A stretch of DNA of 64,000 nucleotides from Patescibacteria group bacterium (GTDB lineage Bacteria; Patescibacteriota; Minisyncoccia; UBA6257; UBA9933). Below are positions 47,702 through 55,759 of the stretch, piece after piece (the first letter of the stretch is position 1; each line of letters begins with the position of its first letter). The translations under genes and the position numbers were made by a program. The notes under the pieces are model-generated. The model worked only from the letters and a program-made list of their open reading frames with translations. It was not told the DNA's origin and searched no databases. Location of the stretch: the NCBI GenBank assembly GCA_038065955.1, contig JBBTPY010000008.1, positions 4,697 to 68,696 of the forward strand. The letters run 5' to 3'.

Positions 47702-47774
47702 TTTTACAGGAGAATATTTAATGTTTCAGCCAATTTCGGTTATTTCAACGATCGTTGAAATAACCGAAATTGAT
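47702..47774 (+). repeat. ~75-bp repeated element, copy 2 (40-bp perfect palindrome 47732..47771), abutting recombinase gene
   Basis: TTTTACAGGAGAATATTTAATGTTTCAGCCAATTTCGGTTATTTCAACGATCGTTGAAATAACCGAAATTGAT. Confidence 0.7.
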
Positions 47775-47870
47775 TAAAATACGGAAATTTTTGACTTCCT
47801 ATTTTTAGTGGGACTTGCTTTTTATTTTTAAAAAGTTTATTATAATTTAATTATCGACTTTGTTATTTAT

Positions 47871-48140
47871 ATGGCTTTAACGCTTCGTCAAAAACAAAAT
47901 ATCGTCAAAGAGCATGGTCTTCACGAAAAAGATACCGGTTCGGTAGAAATTCAGGCTGCGATTTTAACAAAGCAAATAAATCAATTAACGGATCACTTAA
48001 AAGACAACCCTAAAGACAATCATTCTCGTCGAGGGCTGTTAAAGATGGTCGGGAAAAGAAAAAAATTGCTTGACTATTTAGCTAAAAATAATCAGAAAAG
48101 TTATACCGGTTTGATAAAAAAGTTGGGCTTGAAGAAATAA
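47871..48140 (+). CDS. rpsO: 30S ribosomal protein S15
   Basis: MALTLRQKQNIVKEHGLHEKDTGS... canonical S15. Confidence 0.9.
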   Translation: MALTLRQKQNIVKEHGLHEKDTGSVEIQAAILTKQINQLTDHLKDNPKDNHSRRGLLKMVGKRKKLLDYLAKNNQKSYTGLIKKLGLKK

Positions 48141-48141
48141 T

Positions 48142-48654
48142 ATGATTCACGAAGGTCAGCGCATCGGCATATTTATTGATATTCAAAATCTTTATCATTC
48201 GGCGAAGAATCTTTATCGCGGCCGGGTGAATTATAAGGAGCTGATTAAAATTTTGACAAAAAACAGGATATTAATAAGAGCGCTCGGTTATGTCGTTAAA
48301 AGCGAAATTACTACGACTCAAACTTCATTGGAGTCTTCATTTTTTGAAGCTTTGGAGAAAGTTGGCGTTGAATTGCGGATTAAAGACCTTCAAGTTTATC
48401 CGGGCGGCTTTAAAAAAGCCGATTGGGACGTGGGGATGGCGGTTGACGCCATAAGAATGGCTGGTTCTTTGGACGCGATTATTTTAGCGACCGGCGACGG
48501 CGATTTTGTGCCTTTAGTTGAATATCTTAAATGGGGATTAGGTAAAGAAGTTGAAGTGGCGGCTTTCGGTCGCAGCGCTTCCGGGAAACTTAAAGAAGCG
48601 GCGGATTTTTTTATTGATTTGGAAAAAATACCGAGAGTGATAATAAAAAAGTAA
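48142..48654 (+). CDS. NYN-domain (LabA-like) protein
   Basis: IGIFIDIQNLY...ILATGDGDFVPLVEYLK PIN-like NYN signature. Confidence 0.65.
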   Translation: MIHEGQRIGIFIDIQNLYHSAKNLYRGRVNYKELIKILTKNRILIRALGYVVKSEITTTQTSLESSFFEALEKVGVELRIKDLQVYPGGFKKADWDVGMAVDAIRMAGSLDAIILATGDGDFVPLVEYLKWGLGKEVEVAAFGRSASGKLKEAADFFIDLEKIPRVIIKK

Positions 48655-48676
48655 GAAATTTATAACATTATAAACT

Positions 48677-50770
48677 ATGTTGAACAGACAACAATTTACA
48701 ACTGAAGTCGCCGGAAAAACTTTAACTTTGGAAATTTCCGATTTGGCCGGCCAGGCTAATGCCGCCGTTTTAGGGACTTATGGCGACACTTCGGTTTTAG
48801 CGACCGCTGTAATGGGCAAAGAGGACAGGAATATTGATTATTTTCCTTTAACCGTTGATTATGAAGAGCGTTTTTACGCGGCCGGTAAAATTATCGGAAG
48901 CCGTTTTATTCGGCGCGAAGGCCGGCCTTCAGAGGCGGCCGTTCTTTCCGGTCGGTTGATTGACAGAAGTATTCGGCCGCTTTTTGACCATCGTTTGCGC
49001 CGCGACGTTCAGATTGTCATTACAGTTCTTTCTTACGACGAAGTGAACGACCCGGATTTTATTTCTTTGATTTCCGCTTCCGCGGCTTTGGCGATTTCTT
49101 CAATCCCGTGGAACGGGCCGATTGCCGGCGCAAGAGTCGCCAAGACAACCGACGGCGAAACGATTATCAATCCCTTGAATTCTTTGTTTGCTGACCGTTC
49201 AAAAATTATTTTTGATTCTTTCGTGGCTGGCAGCGCAGATAAAATTAACATGATTGAGCTTGGCGGCAACGAGGCCGAGGAAGAAGACATTGTTAAAAGT
49301 TTTGAATTGGCGCAGGGAGAAATTAAAAAACTGATTGATTTTCAAAAAGAAATAGTTAAAAAAACAGGCAAGTCCAAGGCGGAGGTTTTTTTGGCGGAAC
49401 CCGCTCCCGAACTTAAAGAAAAAATAAGTTCTTTTTTAAAGGGGAGGTTAGAGGAAGCGGTTTATGTAAAAGAAAAAATTGAGCGCGGAGATAAAATAGC
49501 CGAACTTAAAAATTCCTTAAAAGCCCATTTGGCGCAGGAAGGAATCGTTGACGGATCGGTTGACGCTTTATTTGAAAATGAACTTGATAAATTGGTTCAT
49601 CAAAATGTTATTGAATTCGAAAAACGGCCGGACGGGAGGAAACTTGACGAAGTTCGCAAGCTTTACGCGGAAATCGGATTATTTAAGCGTCTTCACGGTT
49701 CGGCGTTGTTTATGCGCGGTAATACCCAATCTTTGGCGGTAACCACTTTGGCGGCTCCCGGCGCCGCGCAGTTGATTGAAACGATGGAGATAACGGACAG
49801 GCGCCGATTTATGCTCCATTATAATTTTCCGCCTTATTCGGTTGGCGAAATCGGCCGCTTGGGCATGCCGGGCCGGCGGGAGATCGGCCATGGCAATTTG
49901 GCCGATAAAACTATAAGGCCATTAATCCCGAATCCCGACGAGTTTCCCTACACTATCCGTGTAGTTTCGGAGATTATGTCTTCAAACGGTTCATCTTCGA
50001 TGGCTTCGGTTTGCGCGGCTTCGTTGTCTTTAATGGATGCCGGCGTGCCGATTAAAAAGCCGGCGGCCGGCGTTGCAATGGGGCTGATGAGTTCGCCGGA
50101 TGGGAGTTATAAAATTTTGACCGATATTCAGGGGCCGGAAGACCATTACGGCGATATGGATTGTAAAGTCGGCGGCACGGCCGATGGCGTTACCGCTATT
50201 CAAATGGACGTTAAAATTGAAGGCGTTACTTGCGGGATAATTAAAGAGGTTTTGGCGCAAACAAAAAAAGCTCGTTTGGAAATTTTAGAAACGATGAATA
50301 AGACGATTAACAAACCAAGGCCGCATGTTTCTTCTTACGCTCCGATTATTATGACTTTGGAAATTGACCCGCAGCGGATAGGAGAAGTAATCGGTCCGGG
50401 CGGGAAAATGATTAAAAAAATCACTAAAGATACCGGCGTGGACGCGATTGATATTGAAGACAGTGGCAGAATTTTCGTGGCCGCGGCCGACCCTGAAAAA
50501 GTTCAGGCGGCGATTGAATATATTAAAGCGATAACTTACGAATTTAATATTGGAGAGACCGTTGAAGGAGAAGTGATTAAAATTCTGGATTTCGGCGCCA
50601 TCGTTGATTTGGGCGGCGAAAGAGACGGAATGATTCATATTTCCGAATTAAAAAACGGTTTTGTTGAGAAAGTGGAAGATGTCGTAAGAATCGGCGATAT
50701 CGTAAGGGCGAAAGTGGTTAAGGTTGAAAATGGAAAAATTGGGTTATCATTAAAAGCCCTGAAGGAATAA
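48677..50770 (+). CDS. pnp: polyribonucleotide nucleotidyltransferase (PNPase)
   Basis: 697 aa; two RNase PH domains, KH (IGPGGKMIKKI) and S1 domains. Confidence 0.9.
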   Translation: MLNRQQFTTEVAGKTLTLEISDLAGQANAAVLGTYGDTSVLATAVMGKEDRNIDYFPLTVDYEERFYAAGKIIGSRFIRREGRPSEAAVLSGRLIDRSIRPLFDHRLRRDVQIVITVLSYDEVNDPDFISLISASAALAISSIPWNGPIAGARVAKTTDGETIINPLNSLFADRSKIIFDSFVAGSADKINMIELGGNEAEEEDIVKSFELAQGEIKKLIDFQKEIVKKTGKSKAEVFLAEPAPELKEKISSFLKGRLEEAVYVKEKIERGDKIAELKNSLKAHLAQEGIVDGSVDALFENELDKLVHQNVIEFEKRPDGRKLDEVRKLYAEIGLFKRLHGSALFMRGNTQSLAVTTLAAPGAAQLIETMEITDRRRFMLHYNFPPYSVGEIGRLGMPGRREIGHGNLADKTIRPLIPNPDEFPYTIRVVSEIMSSNGSSSMASVCAASLSLMDAGVPIKKPAAGVAMGLMSSPDGSYKILTDIQGPEDHYGDMDCKVGGTADGVTAIQMDVKIEGVTCGIIKEVLAQTKKARLEILETMNKTINKPRPHVSSYAPIIMTLEIDPQRIGEVIGPGGKMIKKITKDTGVDAIDIEDSGRIFVAAADPEKVQAAIEYIKAITYEFNIGETVEGEVIKILDFGAIVDLGGERDGMIHISELKNGFVEKVEDVVRIGDIVRAKVVKVENGKIGLSLKALKE

Positions 50771-50785
50771 TTATTCGTTATTCAA

Positions 50786-51040
50786 TTATTTAATCAATAC
50801 GCTCAATCTTGATTTCAATCTACTCGCTTTATTCTTTTTGATTAGATTGATTTTAGCCGATTTATCCAATTTTTTATAAACCTGCGGCAGATAGTTTTTC
50901 GCCTCTTCTTTTTTCCCGGCGGCGATTAATTTTTTGTAATCTTTAATAACCGATTTAAGTTCGGTTTTTCTTTTAAGATTTATGGTTCGACGCCGGACAT
51001 TTTGGCGCAAAGCTTTTTTGGCGGATGATGTAATTGGCAT
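50786..51040 (-). CDS. rpsT: 30S ribosomal protein S20
   Basis: Start at MPITSSAKKALRQNVRRR (track ORF extends 36 nt upstream). Confidence 0.8.
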   Translation of the reverse strand: MPITSSAKKALRQNVRRRTINLKRKTELKSVIKDYKKLIAAGKKEEAKNYLPQVYKKLDKSAKINLIKKNKASRLKSRLSVLIK

Positions 51041-51103
51041 AATAAATAGAATATAGAATGCCGCTTTTAATGTCAATGTTTTTGAAATATAATGATACTT
51101 TGT

Positions 51104-52945
51104 ATGATTTATTCGCTTTTTGGGAAATTAATCGTTAAAAATTCTCAATTTGCCGTTATTGAGGCAAACGGCATCGGTTTTAAAATTTTTATTTCAATAA
51201 AAGTTTTCCAACAGTTGCCGAAAATCGGTTCGCGCCTGAAGCTGTTTTGTTATTCTCATATCAGGCAGGATGGCTTTGAATTGTACGGTTTTTTAACGGA
51301 AGAAGAGCTGAAAATTTTTGAATTATTGAATTCCATTAGTAATATCGGGCCGAAAATCGCTTTAAAACTTTTAGGTTCGTTAAAAATCGACGCGCTTTCG
51401 GCGGCCGTTGATAGCGGCCGGACGGAGCTTTTGATGAAGACTTCCGGTATCGGTAAAAAAACGGCCGAAAGAATCATTTTAGAGCTTCGCGGGAAAATTA
51501 AAAGCGGGAAAAATGAAGAAATTATCGCTTTAATGGAAGCGGATGACGATATTGAGTTGGCTTTAAAGAAAATGGGATATAAATCGGTTGAAATTAAATC
51601 GGCGTTAAAAAATATTTCTCCGAAAATTAAAAAGGTTGAAGAAAGATTAAAAGCGGCGCTGAAGATTCTTTTATTATCTGTTTTTTTGATTTTTTTCTCT
51701 GTTAACGCGGTTTTAGCCGCCGCGCCGCAGGAGCTTAAGGATTCTATTTCTAAAAAAGCCGAAGGCCTCAAAAAAATTAATGAACAAATTCAGGAAGTTC
51801 AGAAAAATTTGGAAGAGACCAAAGAAGAGCAAAAGACCTTGAAAAAAGAAATCGGCAAAGTGAATAGTCAGCTTAATCAATTGGAGCTGGGGATTAAATC
51901 AAGCGAGATTTTCATTGAAAAAGCGGCGCTGGAAGCGGAATCTTTGGAATATGACATTTTTGACTTAGAAGAGCAGATTAAAAATAAAAAAGAGGCGGTG
52001 GCAGAAGCTTTAAGAGAGCTTCAGGAAAATGACGAAGAAACGCCTTTGCGGATTTTTTTAAAAAATAAAAGTTTGGCGGAAAGCGTTTTTGAAGTTCAGA
52101 GTCTGGCCGATATTGGCAGTAATTTGTCGGAACGAATCGGTGAAATGCGGAATTTTAAAATTCAATTGGAAGAAAAATTGGAAGAATCCGCCGGTAAAAA
52201 ACGGGCCAAGGAAATTGAAAGCGTTAATTTAAAAAATAAAAAAGTGATTGTTGCGGAAATAAAAAACAATAAACAGTCTCTTTTGGAAACAACGAAAAAT
52301 CAGGAAAAAAATTATCAGAAAAATTTAAACGAATTAGAGAAAATTCGGGAAGAAATCGCCGATGAAATTGACAAACTTGAAGAAGAATTACGCCTTAAGA
52401 TTGATCCTTCGGCTTTGCCGGCTTTCCGACCGGGCGTTTTGGCTGTACCGGTTCCGGTTCCGCCGGCGCGGGCAAATTTCAGCCATGGCCAGACTCACGG
52501 CTTTACCAGAAATAACGGCAAGAGATATCATAATGGTTTGGATTTCGGAGCGCCGCTCGGAACGCCAATTTTTTCCGCCGAATCCGGTAAGGTAATCGCG
52601 GTCGGCGACCAGGATAATTATAAAACCAACGGGAAAAAATTATGCTGGCGAGGGGCTTACGGAAAGTTTGTTTTAATAAAACACGAAAATAATCTTACCA
52701 CTCTTTACGCTCATTTAAGCCTTTGGAAGGTTAAAGTCGGCGATTCGGTCAAGCGCGGCGAGGTAATCGGTTATGTCGGCAACACCGGCCGTTCAACGGG
52801 TTCGCATCTTCATTTTACGGTTTATAGCAGTCAAACCATTCCGCCGGCCACGGACGGTTTTTATGAGGGTACGAGGAGTTCTCGCATTTGCGGGCCTTTG
52901 CCGGTCGGAGGAGATTTGGACCCGGAAAAATATTTGGCGCTATAG
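51104..52945 (+). CDS. ruvA: in-frame fusion ORF: RuvA (aa ~1-190) + signal/TM + coiled coil + M23 peptidase domain
   Basis: N-terminal RuvA OB, HhH (IGPKIALKLL, GIGKKTAERIILEL) and domain III; no stop before LLSVFLIFFSVNAVLAAAP hydrophobic segment; C-terminal M23 motifs HNGLDFGAPLGTPI, GYVGNTGRSTGSHLHF. Confidence 0.6.
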   Translation: MIYSLFGKLIVKNSQFAVIEANGIGFKIFISIKVFQQLPKIGSRLKLFCYSHIRQDGFELYGFLTEEELKIFELLNSISNIGPKIALKLLGSLKIDALSAAVDSGRTELLMKTSGIGKKTAERIILELRGKIKSGKNEEIIALMEADDDIELALKKMGYKSVEIKSALKNISPKIKKVEERLKAALKILLLSVFLIFFSVNAVLAAAPQELKDSISKKAEGLKKINEQIQEVQKNLEETKEEQKTLKKEIGKVNSQLNQLELGIKSSEIFIEKAALEAESLEYDIFDLEEQIKNKKEAVAEALRELQENDEETPLRIFLKNKSLAESVFEVQSLADIGSNLSERIGEMRNFKIQLEEKLEESAGKKRAKEIESVNLKNKKVIVAEIKNNKQSLLETTKNQEKNYQKNLNELEKIREEIADEIDKLEEELRLKIDPSALPAFRPGVLAVPVPVPPARANFSHGQTHGFTRNNGKRYHNGLDFGAPLGTPIFSAESGKVIAVGDQDNYKTNGKKLCWRGAYGKFVLIKHENNLTTLYAHLSLWKVKVGDSVKRGEVIGYVGNTGRSTGSHLHFTVYSSQTIPPATDGFYEGTRSSRICGPLPVGGDLDPEKYLAL

Positions 52946-53149
52946 AGAGTCGTTATTGTTTTCCGTTAAAAAATCAATTTTAACAAGTCTTTCAAGAGTT
53001 TCTTGGTTATTAAAACCGAATGACAAAGAAGATTGGCTGAAAATAAGATTCGCTATTAAAATCGCGACAATGAAAATGCCCCAATAGGAAATTGGGGACG
53101 ACCATTCCGGCAGATTTTTAATTTTTAAAATAATCGTATTAATTTATTA

Positions 53150-54904
53150 ATGATAGCAAAGAATTTAAATAAAAGTCAACAAGAGGCCGTGGATTATTCC
53201 GGCGGGCCGCTTTTAATCGTGGCCGGCGCCGGTTCGGGTAAAACAAAAACTTTGACCGGCCGTTTAGCGGCAATTTTAGAATCAGGCGTTTTGCCGAAAA
53301 ATATCATCGCCATTACTTTTACTAATAAAGCGGCCGATGAAATGGCGGATAGGGTTAATAAACTTATAAGTTCGGATTTGCCTTTCATAGGCACCTTTCA
53401 TTCATTGGGGGCGCGGATATTAAAAAGAGAATCCGATTTTTTCGGCCGCGCTTCAAATTTTTCCATTTTTGACGCGGACGATTCTTTGCGATTGATTAAA
53501 ACGATGATTAAAAATTTTAATATTTCGGAAGACAGGCGCGATTTTAATCCGTTGGTTTTAAGAAAAGAATTTTCCCGGATTAAAAGCGAATTAAGGGGCG
53601 CCGATGAAATTGAAATTTTTTTCAATGAATATGAAAATCTTCTTAAAAAAAATAACGCTTTTGATTTTGACGATTTAATTGAAAAACCGGTTAAATTATT
53701 TCAGGAACAGTCGTCTGTTTTGGAAAAATATCAAAATAAATTCCAGCATATTTTAGTTGATGAATTTCAGGACACCAATACGGCTCAATATCAATTTATT
53801 AAGTTGTTGGCGCAAAGACATAATAATTTAAGCGTCGTTGGAGACGACCAGCAGGCGATTTACGGTTTTCGCCACGCCGATTTCAGGATTTTTTTGAATT
53901 TTGAAAAAGATTGGCCGAAAACAAAAACGATTTTTCTTGAACAGAATTACCGTTCAACCGGAAATATTATTAGCGCCGCCAACGCGGTTATCGCCAATAA
54001 TAAATTTCAAAAACCGAAAAATCTTTGGACCAAATGTTCCGAGGGCGAGACGGTTAAAATAATTGAACATCAAGAGGCCGTTTCGGAAGCCGATTGGATC
54101 GCGGAGCGGATTTTTAATTCTCAAATTTCCGAACGGGTTTCGGCGGCGATTTTATACCGCACCAATGCCCAGTCGCGCGCCATTGAGGCCGCCTTGATTG
54201 AGCGCGGCATCGGTTATTTAATTTTTGGCGGCCTTAAATTTTACGAGCGGAAAGAAATTAAAGACATTATCGCCGGTCTTCGCTGGAGTTTTAATAAAAA
54301 CGATTTAATCAGTCTGGAGCGGTTGGAAAAGAATTTCAATAAAAAAACTTTTTCGGCGGTGAAAAAAGAAATATCGGAAATAATCGGGCAAACGCCGCCA
54401 AAAGAATTAATCGGCAGGTTTTTGGAATCAGCGGATTATTTTAATTATTTAAAAAAGAATTATTTAAACGCCGATGAACGCGTTGAAAATATTAAAGAGC
54501 TTATTTATTTTGCTTCCGGTTTTAATGATTTAGGGGAGTTTTTGGAACGGGTGTCGCTTTTTCAGTCAAGCGACGGTTCTTTGGCTAAAGAACTTAAAAA
54601 TACAAATAAGCCATTTGTTAATTTAATGACGATTCACTTGTCAAAAGGTTTGGAATTTGACGAAGTTTATATTGTCGGCGCGAATGAGGGGCTTTTGCCG
54701 CACGAGCGGGCGTACGCGAGCGAAGCGGGGATAGAAGAAGAGCGGCGCCTGATGTATGTGGCGATGACGCGGGCTAAAAAGCGGCTTTATTTAAATTTTT
54801 ACCATTTACCTTCAAGATTTCTTTCAGAAATTTCTTCGAAGTTTGTTGAATTTATCGGCGGACGAGCATTAGATAATGAAGAGCGATATATATCAATTGA
54901 TTAA
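53150..54904 (+). CDS. UvrD/PcrA-family ATP-dependent DNA helicase (short form)
   Basis: Walker A AGAGSGKTKTL, helicase motifs II (DEFQD), V, VI (MYVAMTRAKKRLYL). Confidence 0.8.
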   Translation: MIAKNLNKSQQEAVDYSGGPLLIVAGAGSGKTKTLTGRLAAILESGVLPKNIIAITFTNKAADEMADRVNKLISSDLPFIGTFHSLGARILKRESDFFGRASNFSIFDADDSLRLIKTMIKNFNISEDRRDFNPLVLRKEFSRIKSELRGADEIEIFFNEYENLLKKNNAFDFDDLIEKPVKLFQEQSSVLEKYQNKFQHILVDEFQDTNTAQYQFIKLLAQRHNNLSVVGDDQQAIYGFRHADFRIFLNFEKDWPKTKTIFLEQNYRSTGNIISAANAVIANNKFQKPKNLWTKCSEGETVKIIEHQEAVSEADWIAERIFNSQISERVSAAILYRTNAQSRAIEAALIERGIGYLIFGGLKFYERKEIKDIIAGLRWSFNKNDLISLERLEKNFNKKTFSAVKKEISEIIGQTPPKELIGRFLESADYFNYLKKNYLNADERVENIKELIYFASGFNDLGEFLERVSLFQSSDGSLAKELKNTNKPFVNLMTIHLSKGLEFDEVYIVGANEGLLPHERAYASEAGIEEERRLMYVAMTRAKKRLYLNFYHLPSRFLSEISSKFVEFIGGRALDNEERYISID

Positions 54905-54910
54905 CGGATT

Positions 54911-55759
54911 ATGGCTAAATTAGGACAGCATTTTTTAAAAAATAAAACGAAATTAAGAAAAATCGTTGAGGCGCTGGAATTAAAAGACGGCGATGTTGTG
55001 ATTGAAATCGGGCCCGGGCACGGGGAGCTGACGGACGAATTAAGAAGCGCAAATCATAAATTAAAGATTATCGCCATAGAAAAAGACGAAGAATTGGCGG
55101 AATCTTTAAAAGAAAAGTTTAAAAATAATAAAAATATAAAAATTATTGAAGGCGACGCGTTGAAATTGCTGCCGCAATTGACCGACGACCAACGACTAAC
55201 GATTTACGACAAACGATTAACGACTGACAACTATAAAATTGCCGGCAATATTCCTTATTATATCACCGGATATTTATTCCGGATTTTGGGAGAATTGGAA
55301 AATAAGCCGTCTTTGATTGTTTTATTGATTCAAAAAGAAGTGGCGGAGCGCGTTTGCGCCAGACCGCCGAAGATGAGCTTGCTTGCCGCCAGCGTTCAGT
55401 TTTGGGCGGAGCCGAAAATCATAAGCAATGTTTCAAAAAAAGATTTTAGGCCGGCGCCGAAAGTTGATTCGGCGATAATCAAATTATCGCCGACGCGGAA
55501 ATACGCGGAACAAAACGCGGAAAAACGCGGAAAATATTATTCCTTAGTTAAAATTCTTTTTAAGCAGCCGAGAAAGACGATAGTTAATAATTTGGTATTA
55601 AGTATTAAGTATCAAGTATCAGGCGTAAATAAAAAAGAAAAAATTATTGAAAAATTACGGGAAATCGGCATTGAGCCGAACGCGCGGCCGCAGGATTTAA
55701 GCGTTGAGGAGATTGTAAAATTAATTAAATTAATTAAGGGAAGTCACGAATTAATTTAA
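54911..55759 (+). CDS. rsmA: 16S rRNA (A1518/A1519-N6) dimethyltransferase RsmA/KsgA
   Basis: LGQHFLKN, EIGPGHGELT SAM motif, NIPYYIT; three in-frame low-complexity insertions. Confidence 0.85.
   Translation: MAKLGQHFLKNKTKLRKIVEALELKDGDVVIEIGPGHGELTDELRSANHKLKIIAIEKDEELAESLKEKFKNNKNIKIIEGDALKLLPQLTDDQRLTIYDKRLTTDNYKIAGNIPYYITGYLFRILGELENKPSLIVLLIQKEVAERVCARPPKMSLLAASVQFWAEPKIISNVSKKDFRPAPKVDSAIIKLSPTRKYAEQNAEKRGKYYSLVKILFKQPRKTIVNNLVLSIKYQVSGVNKKEKIIEKLREIGIEPNARPQDLSVEEIVKLIKLIKGSHELI

Noticed and set aside
50285-50638. 117-aa minus-strand ORF inside pnp (also 49679..49891, 50030..50260)
   Set aside because: Antisense shadows of PNPase. Low-complexity N/F/R-rich translations.
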